This document shows, in pieces, positions 9,157-17,844 of a DNA stretch of 64,000 nt. Both the position numbers and the translations under genes were made by a program. The stretch is from an uncultured Ignavibacteriaceae bacterium (GTDB taxonomy: Bacteria > Bacteroidota > Ignavibacteria > UBA10030), in contig CAZYAM010000002.1 in assembly GCA_964645575.1 (NCBI GenBank), forward strand, positions 719 through 64,718, read 5' to 3'. Within the stretch, counting starts at the first letter, position 1; each line of letters starts with the position of its first letter. The notes below the pieces were generated by a model that had not been told where the DNA came from, did no database searches, and saw nothing but the letters and a program-made list of their open reading frames with translations.

Positions 9157-10138
9157 TAAGTTTGCGAATCCTGTATTCTTATGGCTGCTGCTGTTGTTAC
9201 CGGCAATCGGATACTACTTATGGTGGCGCCGCGCAAAAATGAATGTGATTTTACAGTTCTCTTCGTTGCAGGTCTTAGGTAAAATTCCAAGGACAATACG
9301 TGAACAAATGAGATATATACCTCTCGGACTGCGTATGACGGCAATCGTGCTGTTTATAATTGCGCTGGCACGGCCGCAGTCGATATCGGATAAACAGAGC
9401 ATCTCAACCGAAGGAATTGATATCGTGCTTGAACTGGATCTTTCCGGCAGCATGCTGGCGGAAGATTTTAATCCTAATCGAATAGATGCGGCAAAAAAAG
9501 TTGCATCGGAGTTTATCGACGGCCGTATGAACGATCGTATCGGCCTTGTAGTATTCTCTGCTGAAAGTTTTACACAATGCCCGCTTACAACCGATTATGC
9601 CGTATTAAAGAGTCTTTTACGCGATGTAAAAAACGGAATGATTGCCGATGGCACAGCTATCGGTCTTGCTATCGCTAACGGGGTAAATCGTTTAAAGGAC
9701 AGCAAGGCGAAAAGCAAGGTAATGATCCTGCTGACAGACGGTGTTAACAACCGGGGCAATATCGACCCAATCACTGCAGCCCGGATTGCTGCGACGTATA
9801 ATATTCGTATTTACACGGTTGGTGTTGGAGCACGAGGCGAAGCGCCGTATCCAGTGCAGACGCCGTTCGGTATTCGTCGCCAGATGATTCCGGTTGATCT
9901 CGATGAGAAAGTTCTTACACAAGTGGCGGAAATGACCGGCGGTAAATACTATCGTGCCACAGATAATCGAAAATTGAAAGCAATCTACAAAGAAATTGAC
10001 CAGCTTGAACGGACAAAAATAGAAGTGATGGCTTATAAGCGGTACTCGGAATTATACGGAGGCTGGTTAATTGCAGGTCTTATCGCATTTTTATTAGAAA
10101 TATTATTAGCGAATACATTGTTGAGGAAGAATCCGTAA
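9146..10138 (+). CDS. batA: BatA-like vWA-domain membrane protein
   Basis: Two N-terminal TM helices are followed by a vWA MIDAS (DLSGSM ... TAIG ... LLTDGVNN) and a C-terminal TM. Confidence 0.75.
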   Translation: MFGDKFANPVFLWLLLLLPAIGYYLWWRRAKMNVILQFSSLQVLGKIPRTIREQMRYIPLGLRMTAIVLFIIALARPQSISDKQSISTEGIDIVLELDLSGSMLAEDFNPNRIDAAKKVASEFIDGRMNDRIGLVVFSAESFTQCPLTTDYAVLKSLLRDVKNGMIADGTAIGLAIANGVNRLKDSKAKSKVMILLTDGVNNRGNIDPITAARIAATYNIRIYTVGVGARGEAPYPVQTPFGIRRQMIPVDLDEKVLTQVAEMTGGKYYRATDNRKLKAIYKEIDQLERTKIEVMAYKRYSELYGGWLIAGLIAFLLEILLANTLLRKNP

Positions 10139-10188
10139 GAGCTGTCAGCAGTCAGTGTTCAGATGTCAGTGAAAGAAGTATACGAATA

Positions 10189-10545
10189 ATGAAAGATTTC
10201 AGACAATTAAAGGTTTGGGAGAAAGCACACGCACTTGTACTTTTAATTTATAAGGCCACTAAAAAATTTCCTAAAGAAGAAATTTATGGTTTGGTAAGCC
10301 AGTTGCGACGTGCCGCTAGTTCGATCCCGACAAATATTGCTGAAGGTTGTGGCAGAAGTGTATCTGAATTCCGGCGCTTTCTCCAAATAGCGATGGGATC
10401 AGCATGCGAAGTTGAATATCTGCTGCTTCTCTCTTATGAACTCGAGAACATTGCTGAATCTGAATATGAAGATATTCTCACTCGTGTGATTGAAGTAAAG
10501 AAAATGATTGCATCATTGATTCTTAAGCTGAGGGCTGATAACTGA
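10189..10545 (+). CDS. Four-helix-bundle protein (TIGR02436 / Avd-like, formerly 23S rRNA intervening-sequence protein)
   Basis: The protein is 118 aa. The sequence FRQLKVWEKAHALVLLIYKATKKFPKEEIYGLVSQLRRAASSIPTNIAEGCGR is diagnostic of this family. Confidence 0.7.
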   Translation: MKDFRQLKVWEKAHALVLLIYKATKKFPKEEIYGLVSQLRRAASSIPTNIAEGCGRSVSEFRRFLQIAMGSACEVEYLLLLSYELENIAESEYEDILTRVIEVKKMIASLILKLRADN

Positions 10546-10558
10546 TATCTGAACGCTT

Positions 10559-12280
10559 ATGTTAAGATTTGAATATCCCGAATATCTCTGGTTTTTAATT
10601 TTAGTACCGGCAATCGGTGCAGCGTTCTTTTTCCTTAATTTACGGCGGACAGAACAGCTGCGAAAATTCATCGGAGATAATCTCATTACGCAGCTTGCCC
10701 CCGAAGCCAGTTTAGCAATGCGAATGATCAAGCAGCTGCTTGTTCTTTTGACTCTCGCTTGCTTGATTTTTGCCATCGCAAATCCGCAGGTAGGAACCCG
10801 GCTGGAAGAAGTGAAACGAGAAGGTATTGATTTATTTGTTGCACTCGACGTCTCGCTGAGTATGAAATCGGAAGATATACGGCCGAGCAGGCTGGAGAAG
10901 GCAAAGCGGGATATATCGGAACTTCTGCGGAAACTTACTGGCGACCGTGTCGGTATGATTGTTTTTGCAGGCGATGCATTTGTGCAATTTCCGCTTACTG
11001 CCGACTACGCCGCAGCGGATTTATTTCTATCTGCCATCGATGTAGATGCAGTGCCTATCCCGGGTACAATGATAGGAAGCGCCGTTGAAGTCGCTCTTAA
11101 ATCGTTCTCAAAAGATGTACCGACTCAAAAAGCAATTGTTATCGTCTCCGACGGAGAGAATACTGAAGGTGATGTAATGGGTGCTGTAGAAGATGCAAAG
11201 AAAGCCGGTGTGCGGATTTATTCAGTTGGAATGGGAACAACCGATGGAGGCCCGATTCCAATTAATAATCAAAATGGAGAACGTATCGATTATAAACGCG
11301 ACCGGTCGGGAAGTATTGTTCTTTCCAAACTGGACGAAACTATGCTTCAACAAATTGCGTCGATAACCGGCGGAACATATCACCGGGCAACGAGCGGCGG
11401 TAATGAAATCGACGATATTTTTGACGAGCTTTGCTCTTTGGAAAAAGTGGAATTTGGAACAAAACAGGTTACAGGATATGAAACACGGTACCAGTATCCG
11501 CTGACGGTTGCAATCCTTTTTCTAATCCTTGAGCTTATGCTTTCCGCGCGGCGCGGTAAACTTGTTGCTCGACTTAAGAAATTATTGCCGATTACGGCGG
11601 CAATAATTTTCTTTGCGGTATTCTCGGAAAGCTCGATGGCTCAGACAATCCGTTCGCATATAAGTGAAGGAAACCGCGTGTATGAAAAAGGTCGCTACAC
11701 CGATGCCGAAGTGGAATACAAGAAAGCACTGGAAAAGAATCCTAAGTCGAAGGAAGCGCAATTCAATCTTGGCAACTCGTACTATAAACAGCAGCGTTTT
11801 GATGAAGCTCTGAGAGAATACGGCAGCTCCGGCGCGGTTATGAAATCTTCTGAAGAACGAGCTGTTGCATATTACAATCTGGGAAACTCATTGTATAGTT
11901 CGAACAGGTTTCAGGAAGCAGTCGAAGCATACAAACGTTCGTTAAAATTAAATCCTAATGATGACGATGCGCGGTATAACCTGCAGATGGCGCGCGAAAA
12001 GCTGAAACAGCAGGAACAACAAAAACAGCAGAAGCAGGATCAAAAACAAGACCGGCAGCAAGATCAAAAACAGAATCAACAGCAGCAAAATCAGCAGCAG
12101 AATCAACAACAAAAACCGGAACAACGGAAACAGGATCGGCCGCAGCCTCAGAAAAAGAACCAGATGCCCAAACAGGAAGCAGATCGCATCTTGGAGGCAC
12201 TGCGTAACAACGAAAAGGAAATTCAAAAGAACCTCCGTAAACGGGAAGCAGTGAGAGTGAAAGTAGATAAGGACTGGTAG
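10559..12280 (+). CDS. batB: BatB/BatC-like fusion with a vWA domain, TPR repeats and a Q/K-rich tail
   Basis: An N-terminal TM pair is followed by a vWA (DVSLSM ... VSDGENTEG) and TPR-like repeats (EAQFNLGNSYYKQQRFDEA; AVAYYNLGNSLYSSNRFQEA; ARYNLQMA). Then comes a QQKQQKQDQKQ... low-complexity region. Confidence 0.7.
   Translation: MLRFEYPEYLWFLILVPAIGAAFFFLNLRRTEQLRKFIGDNLITQLAPEASLAMRMIKQLLVLLTLACLIFAIANPQVGTRLEEVKREGIDLFVALDVSLSMKSEDIRPSRLEKAKRDISELLRKLTGDRVGMIVFAGDAFVQFPLTADYAAADLFLSAIDVDAVPIPGTMIGSAVEVALKSFSKDVPTQKAIVIVSDGENTEGDVMGAVEDAKKAGVRIYSVGMGTTDGGPIPINNQNGERIDYKRDRSGSIVLSKLDETMLQQIASITGGTYHRATSGGNEIDDIFDELCSLEKVEFGTKQVTGYETRYQYPLTVAILFLILELMLSARRGKLVARLKKLLPITAAIIFFAVFSESSMAQTIRSHISEGNRVYEKGRYTDAEVEYKKALEKNPKSKEAQFNLGNSYYKQQRFDEALREYGSSGAVMKSSEERAVAYYNLGNSLYSSNRFQEAVEAYKRSLKLNPNDDDARYNLQMAREKLKQQEQQKQQKQDQKQDRQQDQKQNQQQQNQQQNQQQKPEQRKQDRPQPQKKNQMPKQEADRILEALRNNEKEIQKNLRKREAVRVKVDKDW
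11990..12195. repeat. Low-complexity cag/caa/aaa-rich tract encoding the Q/K-rich segment of BatB
   Basis: The tract is a run of cagcag/caaaaa codons. It generates spurious antisense ORFs at 11948-12226. Confidence 0.6.
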
Positions 12281-12356
12281 AGTCGGAACTATGAGCAGTC
12301 GATAGAAAACGATTTGCTGTTTGTAAAGAACTTGTGGTTAAAAGCCGTTAAGAAAG

Positions 12357-14198
12357 ATGACAAATATCAAAAGAAAATATTTTCCGCATATAAATGTATT
12401 GTTTTTTATTCTATTCTTTGCTGCCTTTCTGCAAGCACAGGATGGGACGTTTACTGTCGAAGCGGATCCGATGAGTGTGGCAGCAGGAGAACAATTTCGA
12501 TTGACTTTTACATTCAATGGAAGCGATGTTAATAACGTTAGGAATCTGAAAGCTCCGGACTTGAATCAATTTGTCGTCATTTCGGGGCCAAATCAATCGA
12601 CGAATATGCAGTGGATCAACGGCCAAATGTCTGCTTCAATTGCATATTCCTATATTCTTTATGCACGTCAGACAGGAAAATTCACTATCGGTTCGGCAAC
12701 AATTGAGTATATGGGAAAAACGCTGAAGTCAAATTCGATTCAAATTGAGGTCACAAAAGGTAAGCCAAAACAGCAGCAGAAACAACAGGAGCAGTCCAGC
12801 ATTGATATTGGCGATAATTTGATAGTTAGAGCTTTTTCAGACAAACAGCGTGTTAGGCTCGGTGAGCAATTAATTATAACCTTCAAGTTGTATTGGCGCG
12901 TTTCACTTACCAAGTACGAACTAGCAAAAGCACCGGCGTTTGACGGTTTCTGGGGTGAAGACTTTGATATGCCAAAGCAGCCTGTCCAAAAGAACGAGAC
13001 CTTTAACGGCAAGAAATATCGTTCTGTGGTGATAAAAAAGACGGCATTATTTGCCACTCAGGCCGGTAATCTAAGAATTGCGCCGCTCGAAGTTCGTTGT
13101 GCCGTACAAGTTCAAATGAAACGGCGGAGTAATGATCCGTTTGATCAGTTCTTCAATGATCCGTTCTTCCAACAAGTCCAGACGAAAAATCTGGAAGTGA
13201 AATCCAATCCGCTTGTGATCACCGTTGATCCTCTTCCGATCAATGCGCCATCCGGATTTTCTGGTGCTATCGGACGGTTTACATTCAATGCAAGTGTGGA
13301 TAAAAAAAGTGTGAAAGCGGGTGATCCTATTACATTGAAAGTAGCAGTAGGAGGGTCCGGCAACATCAAGCTGGTTACACTTCCCAAACCGCAATTGCCT
13401 GCAGATATTGAATCGTACGAACCGGAAATTTCGGAAGATATTTCACGTGACGGCGGTGTTATTCGCGGGAAGAAAATTGCGGAATATCTGCTCATTCCGC
13501 GTAATGCGGGTCAACGTATTATCGAACCGATGGTATTTGTCTATTTTGACCTTGATAGGAAAGAATATATTACGCTTCATTCTTCACGATTCGAATTTTC
13601 CATTGAACCGGGCAAAGAATATTCCGGTAGCAATGTGAGCACTATTTCGAAAGAAGATGTTCGGATACTCGGAGAAGATATTCGTTTTCTTAAACTTTCT
13701 ATCGAAAATCTTCAGCTAAAAGATAATTCGGGCTCTTCAAAGTGGTTTGTATTTTGTATGGTGCTGCCGCCGATTGTATTTGCCGGAGCATGGTTTTTCC
13801 GTAAAAGGATGGAAAAAATCTATGGTGATATGCCCCGGCTTTTATTTGAGACAGCAGGGCGTGAAGCGTCGCGACGTCTCAAAAAAGCACATGCACTGCT
13901 TGAACAGGGGAATACCGAGAGTTATCATGCTGAGATTCTTAAGGCGCTTACGGATTACCTTGAGCATAAACTCAGAACTGCAAAAGCTGACTTTGCCGTG
14001 GATGCAGCAGTTGAACAATTACGGCAGTACGGTGTGAAAGAAGAGATTATTCGATCATTAAAAACATGTATAGAACGCGCAGAGTTCGCTCGTTTTGCAC
14101 CGGCTTCTGATACGGCCGAAACACGAAAAGAATTGCTCGATATCGCTGCCGGTGCTATCAATGGTATTGAGCGGACTTTCAGTAAACGAGGTACGTAA
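12357..14198 (+). CDS. batD: BatD-like oxygen-tolerance protein
   Basis: The protein is 613 aa with a signal peptide, an internal poly-Q linker and a C-terminal TM (FVFCMVLPPIVFAGAWFF). It sits in the canonical bat operon position. Confidence 0.65.
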   Translation: MTNIKRKYFPHINVLFFILFFAAFLQAQDGTFTVEADPMSVAAGEQFRLTFTFNGSDVNNVRNLKAPDLNQFVVISGPNQSTNMQWINGQMSASIAYSYILYARQTGKFTIGSATIEYMGKTLKSNSIQIEVTKGKPKQQQKQQEQSSIDIGDNLIVRAFSDKQRVRLGEQLIITFKLYWRVSLTKYELAKAPAFDGFWGEDFDMPKQPVQKNETFNGKKYRSVVIKKTALFATQAGNLRIAPLEVRCAVQVQMKRRSNDPFDQFFNDPFFQQVQTKNLEVKSNPLVITVDPLPINAPSGFSGAIGRFTFNASVDKKSVKAGDPITLKVAVGGSGNIKLVTLPKPQLPADIESYEPEISEDISRDGGVIRGKKIAEYLLIPRNAGQRIIEPMVFVYFDLDRKEYITLHSSRFEFSIEPGKEYSGSNVSTISKEDVRILGEDIRFLKLSIENLQLKDNSGSSKWFVFCMVLPPIVFAGAWFFRKRMEKIYGDMPRLLFETAGREASRRLKKAHALLEQGNTESYHAEILKALTDYLEHKLRTAKADFAVDAAVEQLRQYGVKEEIIRSLKTCIERAEFARFAPASDTAETRKELLDIAAGAINGIERTFSKRGT

Positions 14199-14962
14199 TG
14201 AAATATCTTCAGTGGATAATTATTATCGGAGTCAGTGCTCTGATTGTGAGCGCGGGATGGGCGCAGACTCCGGAAGATGTGTTCAATCGCGGAAATGAAC
14301 TTTACCGTGCAGGAAAGTATCAAGATGCGGTAAAAGAATATGAACGTATCATCAAACAAGGATACTCAAGCGCCGAGCTCTATTATAATTTGGGCAATGC
14401 ATATTATCGGAATGAGCAGCTTGCCCGGGCTATTCTCTCATATGAACGTGCTGCTCAATTGCAGCCGAATGATCCCGACATAACTCACAATCTAAAGCTC
14501 GTGTATCTCAAGACAATCGATCGTATTGAACCCGTGCCGGAAATGTTTTTTATTCAGTGGATGCGTGCCATCGGTTCTCTAATATCGCCTGAAAAAGTTA
14601 AATTCTTTTTTATTCTAAGCTGGATACTTCTTTTCGGATCACTTGCAGCGATGTACTTCATTTTACGGGCGGATTTCCTTCGTGTTGCCCGAACAATATT
14701 CTTCGTGTCCTTTATATCGGTTGTTATCTGGGCAGCTATGCTGGGTATTCAATCATTTCAGGAGACAACGCAGGATAAGGCGATTATCACCGCACAGATC
14801 GTGACTGCAAAGTCGTCCCCCGATGCTAATAGCGTAGATGCATTTGTAATTCATGAAGGAGTGAAGGTGAAACTCACTGATTCAGTTGCCGATTGGGTGA
14901 AGATTACGCTCGCCGACGGGAAAGTAGGCTGGATCCCCGCCGATCAGTGCGAACGTATTTAA
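14198..14962 (+). CDS. batE: BatE-like TPR plus SH3b protein
   Basis: It has a signal peptide and TPR repeats (YQDAVKEYERIIKQ, ELYYNLGNAYYRNEQLARA, SYERAAQLQPND). A TM is followed by a C-terminal SH3b-like module (VKITLADGKVGWIPADQCE). Confidence 0.6.
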   Translation: MKYLQWIIIIGVSALIVSAGWAQTPEDVFNRGNELYRAGKYQDAVKEYERIIKQGYSSAELYYNLGNAYYRNEQLARAILSYERAAQLQPNDPDITHNLKLVYLKTIDRIEPVPEMFFIQWMRAIGSLISPEKVKFFFILSWILLFGSLAAMYFILRADFLRVARTIFFVSFISVVIWAAMLGIQSFQETTQDKAIITAQIVTAKSSPDANSVDAFVIHEGVKVKLTDSVADWVKITLADGKVGWIPADQCERI

Positions 14963-14986
14963 TGCATGGTTTGAAGATAAACTTCT

Positions 14987-16339
14987 TTATCCCAGTGCTT
15001 GTTTTATCGTCGCTTCCATAGATTCCTTTGTAAACGGTTTTGGCAGATATGCTTTCACACCGAGTTGTTTAGCGCTTCTTACGAAGAACTCGCCTTCCAT
15101 AGAACTCATCAGTACGAATGCAACTGATTTAAGTCTGTCTCCGTATGTGCCTGCGGCAATTTTTTCGTAGAACGTGAAACCGCTCATAACACCGGCGCCA
15201 AGATTGACATCGCTAATAATAAGAGAAGGTGAAATATTCTCTATCTCTTTTAATGCGCTTTCCGCACTTTCTGCTGTAATAACATTGAGATATGTTTTCT
15301 TGAGAATGTGCTCTACATATTTGCGTATAGAGACATCGTCATCAATTATGACAATGACCGCAGTTTCGTCCGGCAGGCCTAATTCTTTCTTGACCTGCTT
15401 CGTAATGGATATGTGTTCATCATCCGAAATTTTAAAGAACTGCTGGAGGTTCTTGAGATGTACGGAATCTTCTTCCGTCGGTTTGCCGGTTTGCCAGAGT
15501 GCTCGTACAGCGTCGATATATGCGCTTACCTGCACCGAGCGCTCCACTTCCACATGCTCTGCATTATTGATGGAGAAAGATATTCTCAGGGATTGAAGAA
15601 GTGAGGTTTGCATTTCAGCAGGAACAGCGAGTTGTATCATCAGCTTCATGAGCATTCGGTAAGCATCTATTTCCTGCTGTTTTGCTTTTTCCCGCTCACG
15701 CTCCAAAAGCGTATTACGCTCCTCCTCCATATTCTGTATCAGTTCTTCCTGAGTGCGTTTTTGTTCCTCTTTCATCTTGAGGAAGGCTTCTTCCTGAATT
15801 TTTTTACGCTCGGTTTCTGCCTGGATCATTTCTGCCTCAGTGGTAGTAGCAGTAGAAGATGTTCCAGGTGCTACTTTCTGTATCTGCGCAATCAATCTTT
15901 TCTCAAGTTCTTCAATTCGCTTTGCTGTCTCTTTTTCAATGGCGGTTAAATCTTTATGTGCTACCTCTTGTGCTTCACTCACGGATGCTTTGCGGGCGCG
16001 ATCTTCCAATAATTGTTCCGTTTTTTCTTTCTCTTTTCTTTTCTGCGTGTCAAGTTCCTGATGTTCATAAAATTCTTTGAGCTGGCGCTTGACTTCCTGA
16101 TCTACCTGTTTAGCGGCCTGTTGTTTTGCTTCGATTACGGCAACTTCACGTTCTTTCTCCATCATCATAATGAGAATGCGTTCTTCGTATGCGCGCGCAT
16201 AGACGTTTTTGATGTCGAACTCGTAAACCTTACGGATATGATCGAGTGCGTCTTCAAGTTTTTTCGCTCTAACGTCTTCATCAACTTGACGTAAAAGTGC
16301 AGAAACACGGGCTATTCGTTCATCAGGCTCTAAAGGCAT
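14987..16339 (-). CDS. Response-regulator receiver protein with a long N-terminal coiled-coil region
   Basis: The C-terminal REC has an acidic pocket (IIDDD), a phospho-acceptor (LIISDVNL) and a conserved Lys (LPKPF). The N-terminal ~300 aa are an E/K/Q-rich heptad-like sequence. Confidence 0.6.
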   Translation of the reverse strand: MPLEPDERIARVSALLRQVDEDVRAKKLEDALDHIRKVYEFDIKNVYARAYEERILIMMMEKEREVAVIEAKQQAAKQVDQEVKRQLKEFYEHQELDTQKRKEKEKTEQLLEDRARKASVSEAQEVAHKDLTAIEKETAKRIEELEKRLIAQIQKVAPGTSSTATTTEAEMIQAETERKKIQEEAFLKMKEEQKRTQEELIQNMEEERNTLLEREREKAKQQEIDAYRMLMKLMIQLAVPAEMQTSLLQSLRISFSINNAEHVEVERSVQVSAYIDAVRALWQTGKPTEEDSVHLKNLQQFFKISDDEHISITKQVKKELGLPDETAVIVIIDDDVSIRKYVEHILKKTYLNVITAESAESALKEIENISPSLIISDVNLGAGVMSGFTFYEKIAAGTYGDRLKSVAFVLMSSMEGEFFVRSAKQLGVKAYLPKPFTKESMEATIKQALG

Positions 16340-16532
16340 AAAATGATTCCTTAAATATGTTGTTCTTGAGAAAGAAAGTATACGAATTTAAGAACAGAGT
16401 CAATCTGAATATTAAAATGAAAAAAGCAAAGGTTTTTTGCATTCGCTTTTTAGAAAAGACGCGAAAAAACAAATTAGGAATAATTATTTTTTCTTTTAAC
16501 GGACATGAGGAAAATATAAATCGGCATTTTAT

Positions 16533-17702
16533 CTAATTTTCTTGAATAAACCGGCATATATTTTCAAATGCATCTTTTAGAATTCCTGAAATCGGAAGAA
16601 GGCTGACGATAATGCAGGATTCCAGTCCAAAATCATAGAAATGGCCCGGTTGAACAATAATATTCTTTTGAAGAAGAATTTGTTCTGCCCATTCTTCATC
16701 GCTTTTTTTTCGAGGTAACTGCATTATTGCATACCATCCGCCCTCAATACGAAGCACCGATATGTTTGATCCCGCAAAAATGCCTTGCAATAATCTATAG
16801 TTAGCCCTAATACGCGAACGAATTTGATTCTCCATATCTGAAGAATAACAAAGAAGTTTTGGAATAGCGAGTTGAACAGGAGTATTAACAGAGAGAAATG
16901 TATCGCTTATAATTTCCAATCTCTTGAGTGCTTCCGTTATATGTGGAGAGCTTCCATAAGTGATGATCCAGGAAAGTTTTAATTGAGGAAGTCCTATAAG
17001 TTTTGATATACCGTTTAGAGAGAACAGCAGAACCGACGATTGATTTTTTGCAAAATGTGCCCGGCGGACATCCGGCGAAATATCATACGGTCCGAAAACT
17101 TCATCAGCGATTATCGAAAAGTCATGTGTGGAAGCAAGCATATAAATACGGTCATATTCGTCCTGCTTGAGGTACGAGCCTGTGGGATTGTTTGGATGAA
17201 CAAGGACAATCGCCCTCGTTCTGTTTGTGAATTGTTTTTGTAGAGATTCGAAGTCTATGTGCCACTCACCATCATACGCAAGCTGGTAATTTCGGAGCGT
17301 AATATCATTAAGCTGACACAAATATTCAAACAACGGATAACTTGGCTGAGGGACTACAACTTCATCGCCTACATTGCAGAGAAGTTTAAAGAGAAAAGAG
17401 TACGCCTCACTCGTGCTTGATGTAAGAATAATGTTTTCAGGTGTTATTGGATTACCGCTTTCGGCATAATATTCTGCGACAGCTTTTCTAGCGCTTAGAA
17501 GTCCGAATGATTCCGGTTGATAAGATGTTACGGATTGTGTGCTAAGTGCATTAAGAATTTCCCGGATTGGATATGAAAATTCGCATTTCGTGGGATTCGA
17601 CTCGGTAAGATCAATAATTAGTTCTCCTCGAAGGCGTTTTTCTGCCGCCAGACAGGAAAGTCTGTTAGGTGCAGTATTCCAATCTGTGCGGGAGGAAAAC
17701 AT
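16533..17702 (-). CDS. PLP-dependent aminotransferase, class I/II
   Basis: The protein is 389 aa with the fold-type I pattern (LVHPNNPTG, SLNGISKLIGLPQLKLSW with the Lys in the SK region). Confidence 0.75.
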   Translation of the reverse strand: MFSSRTDWNTAPNRLSCLAAEKRLRGELIIDLTESNPTKCEFSYPIREILNALSTQSVTSYQPESFGLLSARKAVAEYYAESGNPITPENIILTSSTSEAYSFLFKLLCNVGDEVVVPQPSYPLFEYLCQLNDITLRNYQLAYDGEWHIDFESLQKQFTNRTRAIVLVHPNNPTGSYLKQDEYDRIYMLASTHDFSIIADEVFGPYDISPDVRRAHFAKNQSSVLLFSLNGISKLIGLPQLKLSWIITYGSSPHITEALKRLEIISDTFLSVNTPVQLAIPKLLCYSSDMENQIRSRIRANYRLLQGIFAGSNISVLRIEGGWYAIMQLPRKKSDEEWAEQILLQKNIIVQPGHFYDFGLESCIIVSLLPISGILKDAFENICRFIQEN

Positions 17703-17844
17703 TTTTAAAATTAAAATCAGAAAAACAGAAATCAGAAAACCTGATAAAGAACAAATATAAAACCAAATTTAAAAATAGTGATGAATGAAACTGTTGTTAA
17801 ATCGATAAATCACAAATTCGCTCAATCACATAAATGAGAAAATA

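Noticed and set aside
11948-12226. Two minus-strand ORFs (92 and 81 aa) with L-rich or repetitive translations
   Set aside because: They are an artefact of the cag/caa low-complexity tract inside batB. Their composition is not protein-like.
12314-12532. 72-aa ORF overlapping the batD start
   Set aside because: It is out of frame with and largely inside batD. The batD ATG at 12357 gives a proper signal peptide.
15174-16294. Series of plus-strand ORFs (63-140 aa) opposite the coiled-coil response regulator
   Set aside because: They arise from repetitive GAA/AAG codon composition on the other strand. The translations are Leu/Phe/Ser-rich and not protein-like.
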